A stretch of DNA of 64,000 nucleotides, taken from positions 7,429,705-7,493,704 of the forward strand of contig CM082587.2 in NCBI GenBank assembly GCA_040954595.2. Reading direction: 5' to 3'. Every line of letters starts with the position of its first letter. Positions within the stretch are counted from its first letter, which is position 1. Position numbers and translations under genes: made by a program. This stretch comes from Balanoglossus misakiensis (taxonomy: Eukaryota; Animalia; Hemichordata). Below, piece by piece: positions 54,501-64,000 of this stretch. The notes beneath the pieces are model-generated. The model saw only the letters and a program-made list of their open reading frames with translations, was not told the origin of the DNA and did not search any database.

Positions 54501-55169
54501 ATGGGATCACCAAATTTGGCCCACATTTTGGGTGACCTCAGGTGACCTGAGAATTACTTTCCAATATCTAAACGTGAGGGCCACAATTCTGGTTTCTCTT
54601 GGACACGGAGGAGTATTTGATGAACCTGGGGTGATCCTTAACATATGCTCACATGTACTTGGGATTTTGTGGGGTCCGCTTAGGCCCCGCTAACGCTGCT
54701 TGCAGTTTTATTTTTTATATTCATTTATACACAGGATAAGATAACACCAACATTTAACGTCTAAATCCGATTACAATTTATTATCAAACGAATTTTTCCA
54801 GGTGAAATATTTTCTTTAATATCACCCCCCCCCATCTAATAGGCTACTTTGTTTAAACTTGAGAAGAAAACCATATGCAAATGCCTTTTTCCTAGAGAAT
54901 AAAACAGTTTGGAATCTTTCCATAAACGTACGTACAAGTAAAACATTCAAGAATGAATATCATCGCTACCTACGGCGTATAGGAATTCAATTCAGCGGAC
55001 TACCAATGTCAAGACACTGGTAGTTGAGTCAGTTAAGTGGAAAATAATTCTCTCCGATCTTGAAACTTTAAGGTAAATGTAATTAAAAAAAAACAATTAT
55101 GCATGCATCATTTAAGCTAGTAGCCACACGTTCTATGTTGGATATATTTTTCACCTGAAAGTTTGTACT

Positions 55170-58136
55170 TTAATTTATAGCATTAACCCCTTTTGGTATT
55201 TGCTCTATTGACGTCAAATATACTGTCGGCCGCTTAAGAGCGCTCCGCTCAGACTTTGCCACCTGTGTCCACGCCGAACCTTTGCTTCCGAGGAAAACAG
55301 TTGAATCTGAAACGAGGATATATGACGTTTCAGTTGGCTTGCTTTTAAGTAGTTACATGTATGTCGAAATCTGCGAAAAAGAAATCCAAGAAGTTGGGTA
55401 CATTCTCATACTCACGTTTTATGACTTCTTGTTCAATTAAGGATATTACAAAATTGTCGTCCCGATGAGAAGCAATGCTGGGAACACTGTCTAGTAAATC
55501 ATTTTTAGTGAATATCTTGGAAATATTTGTTCTTAGAATTGCGTACATTCTCTGAAAAGTAAATAAACGTAAACTTGTCATGGGGTACACGTTTGCTTGC
55601 AATATAACTATTCAAAATGGTCAAACGGCATTAGATAGCGTGGCGCCACTGTGTGATATGTCTTGGGAAATAAAACTATCGAAAAATCGTGGACAGCCAA
55701 GCAAACCAACTTTCCCTTGGTGTCACCAATTCCTACCCCCCCCCCCCCAAGCCCGTATAAATAATGCATTTAAAGTTACTGTATAAAATGTTCCACGATG
55801 TTAGTCCACATACATTTTATGGCGCAAGTATCTTGTATTTGACCCGAATGTCTTCTAAATGGCTCATGTATGAACAATAAAACAGATATATACCTGGGCG
55901 AATGGTGGATAAGCAAGGTACACACACGTGATATTTTTCGTCTTCATGAAATCCGTAAAGACTTCAACAAATTCTTGAGTTTCATGACTTAAGTTAAGCT
56001 CCTCGAATTCACATCCCTTCTCTTGGTCCCATATCAAGCACCTGTTGAAATGCTAGAAAACCATATTCTGGGCACAGCGAAATCAAGATTATTGTACACC
56101 CCAATTTTGTCATCGATCGGCAGGTGCAGGTTTCCGCCCATTTGTCTTTCATCTTTTTGAAATGATGCTGGCATGTCCACACAGGTAACTGTGTAAATAT
56201 GTCAGTATGTTCCCCTGTTGACTGGTTGGTTTGTTGGTTTGCGGGTGTAGTATCTCAGCAGCGACTGACCAAAAACAGTGGCTTACGCAATTAATGCTAC
56301 GCAGTATATTAAATCTTCGAACGTTTAGTATTTGAAAATAGTCTGCACCGTTTCCCGCTCGACATACCAAAGTTGTGACACTATTGAATGGCAGATATAT
56401 ATTATAGCAATGTGTCACTGCAAATAAATCCTCATTTGCACACCGAATGATCATGGTGTAATACAACTCCTTCCAAAATAATGCACCAAATAGAATTAAA
56501 CAAGAATTAGACATGGATTTCAGCGATATATATATATACACTACGTAATAAATTGACAAATTAATGGATCGTTGGGAAATTGGGAGATTTGGGTAAAATT
56601 GAATCTCAATCTCGCGTATACCCGATTGTGGTGGGGTTATTGATTTTATATTATATCATAAAACTAACCATTTTGCTGATATATATGATATAATATAAAT
56701 TCAATCGCATTAATTGATCATAGAATCAGCTGAGATAAAACTAAAATGGAATAAACTAACTGTGTCCAATTCAACATGCAGGGTACTCATATACACTGAG
56801 TAACAGACTGAAATAAATATTAATTTAAACTTATCACAATCTTATCTGGCAGCAAAATAAATGAGTCTTTCTGACTTGCCTTTCTCCAGTACGATTTCTC
56901 CAATGGAATCCAAGAAACGATTTTCCACCACATATCTTCTTCGTCCCTTCTTTCCCAAGTTCACGAATATAGGGTGCCTTCAACAGATACCTGTCGACAC
57001 TCTTCATCAGCTCTTTCCATTGTTTATCTTTAAATTTCATCACAGAGAGAGTCCGAAAAATAACACATCGGTGCTTTTGTAAGGCAGTCACACGTTGTTC
57101 AAATGATTTTGTCTTCTTGGTATTGGTGCCATTGATTCCATCTACTTCGATTTGTTCGAACTGTAATCCAGTATCAATGAATATTTCTTTCAATAAATCA
57201 TCCCGTTTGTATGCATCGAAAATCACGGCCCTGCCTCCACATTCCTTGTAGAATTCGTGCGGTGTTACAACAGACACAAATTGTTTGAGCCGATCGACAT
57301 CAAACGTTTCATTCAAATTTCTAGTTTCATTTGCGTTGTTCTGAGTTTTGTGATTTCGTATTGGGTACAAGACTAAACTACGGTTTTGTAGAACTACCAG
57401 GGGTAAGATGCTTTTGAATCTCAGATAATTGTTCTGTGGACCAGAACGGTTAAAAATCAGAGCTGGCATCAGAAAACGTCGTCTGGAATATGTGACACTC
57501 GGAGGAGAAGAGTTCGGTCTGAAGTTATATATGACCTGAAAAAATAAGACATTTATGTGACTCGTTTGAATAGTTGGAGCGTTCGTAATGAATTTTTGTC
57601 GGAGTGAAAAAACACGTGCGAAAAGACATTTTTTTCCGCTACGCCATTTTATAAAGTCGTCTGTAAAACATTAAACATTACCCAGAAGTCATTATCATGT
57701 AAATGATAATGAGATTATACTGCGAGATAAATATGGAGACACATGCCCATAATAACTCGACTATTTGACTTAATACGTAGTATGTGCACATTAAACAGGT
57801 TCTTAAAATACATCAGTTGTTTATATATCTGGTAATAATTTTGTGAGTAAAATAGAGAGTCCGACCTAAAAACCGCAGTGGTAAAAAAATCTGTCGTGCC
57901 CCTGAAAAATGCACTAGCAAATTAACTGGGGAGGGAGTAGTTTGATTAAAATACGGTATCTCGATGTTAACAAAAATATCACAAAGATATATAGGAAAAC
58001 TCACCCTGGTTTGTTTTGTGTCTGTATTAAAACCAGTCGCTGATAAAGTAATGGTAACAACTGTAACTGAACAGACGAAGCTGAGGAAAAGAAACGCCCG
58101 AAGGAGAGTTTTGTTTCTGGAATTTATTTCACCCAT
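55170..58136 (-). CDS. Type II membrane GDP-fucose O-fucosyltransferase-like protein (O-FucT, GT-B fold), 402 aa, 5 exons
   Basis: Exons 58136-58005, 57535-56880 (GC donor), 56041-55894, 55551-55416, 55306-55170 (1209 nt, in frame). TM near the N-terminus. Motifs GPQNN, FLGFHWR, VYLA and LIEQEVIKHSTVFLGSKGSAWT parallel POFUT-family motifs. Not a clear POFUT1/2 orthologue. Confidence 0.85.
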
Positions 58137-59977
58137 ACCATACCATGCCAGGGGGGCCTAGTCTACAAATGTCGAGTGCCGTGCGACACACGGAAGGCAT
58201 TCGCCAACCAGGCCCACAATAAGTATTTACATTCGGCTGTCAGTCATACAGACACGATAATGACGTCATACCCTAGTGTATCGTGAAATTAACATTTTCA
58301 ATTCTGATAGCCCAAGCTGAGAATAAATACCAAAATTATACCTATTTGCTGCAATTCTTATAAAGGAACAAAACGAATGCGGGCTTCATCTTGGATGTTG
58401 GCGCCGAATTGAAATGAACTTAATGGTGGCGCGAATATTGAATTTCCGCCTGGCAACAAAGTGGACCCTCATTTCGGTGTCATGACATGAGCCAATCGAA
58501 GGAAAGAAAACGACCCCATTATAAAATATGGCGTCGGTTTCCTGATGGTGGACCCTCTTTTGAGTGTTATGGCACAACGACATTTCAAAATGTAGTTTCC
58601 CTAAACACTAAGTTGTCTTCACATTCCTGCAAGTAACTACCCAATCGTACTAGACATTATTTTAATCATGATGAAACCACACAAAAATGTATACATTTTC
58701 GTTGAATTAGAAATTCCTAGAGACATGTTTCTTCAAGTACTGTAAAATAAGGTTAACAATTGGGATCGGTGACGCTCTACCGATTACTTAGCGGATACTT
58801 CTTGTGAGTTATTTGACATTAGTTCTAGATTATTTCTTTAAACCACACTTTCTGTTTGGCAGTTCTTCCGACTGACAAACTATGTGTAGAATTCATGATG
58901 CAACACTCATTGGGTGACCAGTTTATTAATTTATATGCAAAAGCCAGGTCATCTGTCAGACGAGATTAACGGTCAAAGCAATGTAAAATGATGAAACAAA
59001 ATAGTTACCACGAAAAAATCACTTATTGTTACTATTTGATAAATGAATGTTCCATGATCAGGACACATTTTTCATTTGAACTTAATAATTTTGTTTCGCT
59101 TCGCATGAATGTATCATTGTTGTAGTGACAACCTTATCAGATGGCAAATGATCTACAATGTTACTAAGCTACTTTTTCTCGTGCAGGCAGCTCTTTTAGA
59201 TGCGTGTTTCAACATAAATACATTTGGAGATTAAGTTTTGATAAATGGTGTATAGGTGCTGAGGTAAATTATTACAAACCGCCGCGCCCGTTAGAACAAA
59301 CACACCCGTTAAAGCCCCAACAGCTGCCATTTTTCCATATTTTTAATTTAAAAAATTTAAATCTTCTCCTTATCCTTAGACGACAAATGACACTATTTTG
59401 ACTTTGTAGGGATATGAAAACCCATGTGAGCATACCATGATAGCTGAGTACTTTTGCAATTGGCAAAAAGTATAATTTCCCGTTACACTCCGCGATGCAA
59501 ATCCTCACGCGTGACTCAATGCCTACCTTATTAAAACGCCCAAGTTTCTTAAAGTAGCGATCACTCCTTTCATTAGTAGAAAACAAATCATGTACAGTAC
59601 ATATGTAACTATTTTCATATTCTGATCATGAAACATGCATTTTCAGGGACCACTGTATAGATAATGACGGTTGGGTTTTCAATTTTAATGTATTAGACTA
59701 CCACGATACAATGTATGCGGTTATCACGTTTCTCTGTTTGGTAAAGGTTGGGGTGAGATCAGTTTGATAGAGGCACAAGGAATATTTATTTCCCGGTTCA
59801 CCCAGCCGATGCACCTGAACGCCTCATTATACTACGCCACTAAAATGGCATTTTACGGTCACCATTTCGTTATATGATTACATACTAGTAATTTAACGTA
59901 TGAATGGCAAGCGAACGACATTATTAGTAATTTGACCGGTCATTTTGACGTTTTGTGGTTTATTTTGAACTGGAAAC

Positions 59978-60410
59978 TTGATCTTGGTATGTTTAAAAGC
60001 AAATCTAGTAACTGCTGCTCTGTATAGGGCTAGCGTAACCAACTGTTCAGTTTCCATACCTGACCGAGATATCTGGAATAGTACCAGAAAATATGCCGGA
60101 ATGCTTGCCGGAAGCTATTTTGCCTCTCACCCGGACGACTTTACTAAGCAGTGTCACTAAAGTCAAGAGATTTAAAGAAGAAAAAAACAGATTCGAAACA
60201 CAATGAAGAGGTACGGTAAATGATAAGAATTATCACATTTGGTTAGATATCAACTTCGTCAGCGTAGCCAACTCGGACCACTGGTTCAAAGACAATTATT
60301 TCTTGATCCGCTATGAGGACCTGTCTGATCCACCTGAGGAGTTCGTTCCAAAATTGTAATGGCTTTGTTGCGCTTCTGATGCACCCGAAATACAGAAAAA
60401 AAATACAACA
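59978..60410 (+). pseudogene. Decayed carbohydrate 6-O-sulfotransferase (CHST1-like) pseudogene
   Basis: One frame reads WFKDNYFLIRYEDLSDPPEEFVPKL* and continues by a +1 shift as YGFVALLMHPK (RYEDL..P..IY.F motif). Upstream GSYFASHPD resembles the GxxFxxHPD segment. Contains stops and an apparent internal deletion. Confidence 0.65.
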
Positions 60411-63400
60411 AAAATACAACCCGACAGCAACGAGTCAAAATACGGACACATCACGAAAAAATCTGTGTATTTTGTATTTTTCGTCATTTTCCTCACTTTA
60501 AGTTTAAAAAAATTCTCTTTAACATCCTAATTTCTGTAAAAATTCATTTGAGGGTGTGCAGAAGTGGGTTCTTTCAAAAATGATTTAATCAATCGTATAT
60601 TTCTGGCGCAATTTTTGCCAGTTTGGTCAAAAACTCCATTTCCCAGAAACCTCTATTTATAACAAGTTTTACTTATTGAACGGCTAGCCTCTGATCCGGA
60701 ATCATTCGATTTCAACTTTGAGTTTGAACAGGACAGGCTGCTAGCGTCATCGACTCAGTTTTCGTAGATATCTGACAGAAATTTTACCCCAGCTTGCCTC
60801 TTTTGTTCTGCATGGGTGATATGTGTTCATATGTACCACTGATCCATCGATCAGAACATTATATGCGTTCGTCAATAACAGAATTGGATACAATGAGGCA
60901 AAACACACATTGCGTGAACGCGGCGAGATAAAACTGGTACAATGTACGTGGGTTCCGTAGGTTTCTAGACATAAGGTATATTTCATCCTCTGGCTGCACT
61001 GTGCAACAAGAAAAGGATCAGGTATTGTCCCGCCTTTTAGTCAGAAATTTGACTGAAGAGCATGAAGGACGACGGTAACCTGTCACCTATTCTATTAACG
61101 CCCCGCGAGCTGCAAAGATGTGTTAAGCTAACGCCGATAAGCTTGGATCTGTTGGGCAAACGAATCCCAACGTCAAAAAGTTTAACCCAAACACTGTGTT
61201 TGTATTTTTTTTGTTCAGAGGCCAATTTTCCATCTAACTCTATACACATACCATTTTATCATATATCGTTATACCTATTTTGATAATTTGACAAAGATTA
61301 AACAAGCTAAATATGTAAGATATGTCGATCATTTTATCTATGGAAGTAGCACTGAAAACGGCCCTGTTGCATGCGATGGTGTTTAACTCGCAATTTCTTC
61401 AAATTGAAATCAAAAGTCCAACAAATAAAACGATAGAGTTTAAGTTGGACCCATTGGAATCTATAGTCCGAAATGTCAAAGTAAATGGTAATTAAATGGC
61501 GATTTTAAACCAACGGTATTTCTGGGTTGTCGTTTGCAAGGCTTGCAGAATCAACCTTATGTAAATTTCCATAGTCAACAATGGCGGACAAGTGACGTAT
61601 AGGTTTGGTGAGGTCATATTAAACTGTTCACAAAGGGTACATTTTATATCTTTTGGGCTAAGAATTGTGAACTGATTTATGGTTCATGTGCTTCGTATGG
61701 CTCTGTATTCCACACCACTCGTAAAACATTTTAACAGTTGTGTTGGTATAGAAACGAGTGTGACGTTGCCGTTAGGCGATCTAAGTTTTTTTGTTACGAT
61801 TATAGTATTCTTTTACAGTTATTTACAACATCGAAAAGCAACGGCAGGAATGGCGCATTTTTAAAAAAAAGAACATCTATTATCGCCATCATCAACGTCA
61901 AGCTTAAGATTACCCGACCTATAAGTTCCCCGTGTATGTACATGTACCATATACCCTCGAATGACACAAAGTTCACAGAGTTTATCTGTGATGCACATTT
62001 GGCATTACTGCCGAGTTCAGCTGACCTGTATATCAGTTGAATAAGAAAATGTTGGCCGATTCAATACATTGAGGTTAATCATTACCACCAACTCCTCATT
62101 GGCATTGAGGTGACCGATAATATGACAGAACTCCCTGACCTCTGTGTGTCATACAAAAGATATTTTCACAAGTGATACGGTGTATTCTCCGCATCACTCG
62201 TAAACATAATTTCTGTACGGCACAGATCGCGCGCAGAGGTCATGGATTTATATTATTATTGCATATGTTTCCTCAGATTTGACGAAAATCGAAGTTTCTA
62301 TCGTGGAATTTTGATTTACAGTACAATAATTCGGCAAGACGTTACATCCCGAAGACGGTCGTTCATTGGACAAAATTACACAACCACCACTTAACATTAT
62401 TTAATGGACACGTGATGGCTTATGATATTGTAAATTCACTCCATATGCAAGTAGTGACCGGTTAAACATGAGGTTTCTTGTAAATATTTGATAATAGCGA
62501 GAGAAAACTAAGCAAGTGTAAAATTGAACTAATTAATTAATTGATTGGTTGATTGATTAATTAAATAACAACACGTAAGACCAAAAGAAGCCATTCGATC
62601 TTTAGTTTACACATTCTTTCTAACCCTCGGTTTTTAAACATGTCCAATCAAATATATGGATCTGCATCACACACAACATGTATACCAACTGCATGGTGGT
62701 AATGCAGGGTACGTACTATGTCACCAGCGTTGTGGTGTATTTTGTGGGTAGGACGGCACTAGTTTTTAACTGTCTACTACAAAAACATTCTACAAATTTC
62801 TCAAAGTTCTCGGTAATGAGAAAATGACATTTATAAAGCTAAACATTTGTTTGCTATCCTTGTGAGAAATGTTAACAGTTTTAAATGCCTGAAACCCAAA
62901 ATTGTTGTACTGGCTGCGCCGGTTTCTAAGAATTGACCTTAGCACCTATACACCATTCACCAAAACTTACTCTTCTGTTAGTTCAATAACAATTACAATA
63001 ACGTTTGAGTAAGAAACACACTACAAATACAATATCACCCCATCTAAACGGAACACCGTATTATCTCATCAAACGAAGAGAAGTACAACGCTGATCATAA
63101 CATTCATATATTTTCACCTATCACAACCTATTTCGTCTCTTTATGCGACAAAATTGAACACATAAAATTTAATGTGGTCACATTTTTCCATCTGCAAGGA
63201 AATAGCATTAGCGTCACTAAGTCCAGATCCCTTTTTAATCTGATCGCAAGGCGGTGGTTTTCAAGTTTCAAATCGGCAATCAACGCACCCTTTTAGCAAG
63301 GCCATTTCCTTCTATATAAAAATGGAACTGATATTGTAAATTTGAAATGCTCCAGAGAACTGAACAATTCTTTCTGGCCTCGGTTTAATCTATATGACAC

Positions 63401-63817
63401 AAATGTATCAAACGAGCTTCTGTTATATCTGCAATATAGCTCTCGTTAAAAAACTTCACCGATGATGTCAAACCACTAATTGACGCCATAGTTGGATCAA
63501 AGTCGAGTCATAGGAAAAGTTTTTCATTTGAATGGTATCTTCGTTATGCAGTTGCGAGAATGTGCATTGTTATAGTTTTAAAAACACTGCTGCTCACCAA
63601 GGAGCAACACTGAAATAAAATCACCATGTAAACTGTAGCGGCACCTTAACATAATGTCAATGATTTGGGGGATGTTTGCATTTTACAAAATGTACACACC
63701 CATGCGCCAACGAGATGCGCGAAAACTATAAGCCTGTCAGTGTGCGTATAATGTGAGGAGTTATACAGCTTCAACTGTTCTCGATTTGAATTCAGGAGGC
63801 AACACCGCGGTCAAGCA

Positions 63818-64000
63818 ATGAAGGCACTACGGAAAATTGTTTTTGTGGCGATACCGTTCGTCGTATCAATGATAAGCGTTGTCTACTACATTTGTCATTT
63901 TGGCACTAATTTGTCCGCACAGCAATTGGTTGACCCAAACACTGTTACTGTACAGAGATCCCCAACAGTGGCTAATGTGCACGTTCTTATACACGCTCGA
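63818..64000 (+). CDS. 5' part of a type II membrane carbohydrate sulfotransferase (CHST-like), running off the window
   Basis: MKALRKIVFVAIPFVVSMISVVYYICHF...ANVHVLIHAR is open to the edge. Basic tail, TM, stem and the VHVLI strand that precedes the RS/TGSS PAPS loop in CHSTs. Confidence 0.65.
   Translation, partial: MKALRKIVFVAIPFVVSMISVVYYICHFGTNLSAQQLVDPNTVTVQRSPTVANVHVLIHAR

Overview
Eukaryotic, AT-rich, intron-containing animal DNA. The gene and repeat content suggests a marine invertebrate deuterostome such as a hemichordate, but that is inference only. Hand-spliced gene models close in frame for: an uncharacterised 322-aa protein (+, 3998-8009) with an RFX X-box upstream; a 7-exon 2OG-Fe(II) dioxygenase (-, 13236-8771); two 9-exon clan-2 cytochrome P450s (-) made by an ~8.1-kb tandem duplication; a type II membrane SGNH-hydrolase-like protein on one 1.5-kb exon (+, ends 40063); and a 5-exon O-fucosyltransferase-like gene with a GC-AG intron (-, 58136-55170). 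A carbohydrate sulfotransferase (CHST)-like gene starts at the right edge. The right half also holds an orphan WSCD-type sulfotransferase exon, a decayed CHST copy and a possible decayed O-FucT exon, so it looks like a birth-and-death cluster of Golgi glycan-modifying enzymes. Notable mobile DNA: an 800-bp TRIM-like LTR element with a perfect 18-nt tRNA-Leu primer-binding site, a 1.23-kb near-perfect foldback element with CATAG termini and a 7-bp TSD (P/Galileo-like), and several MITE and Helentron-like families. No rRNA, tRNA gene or CRISPR array was seen. All calls come from reading the sequence by eye; no searches were run.
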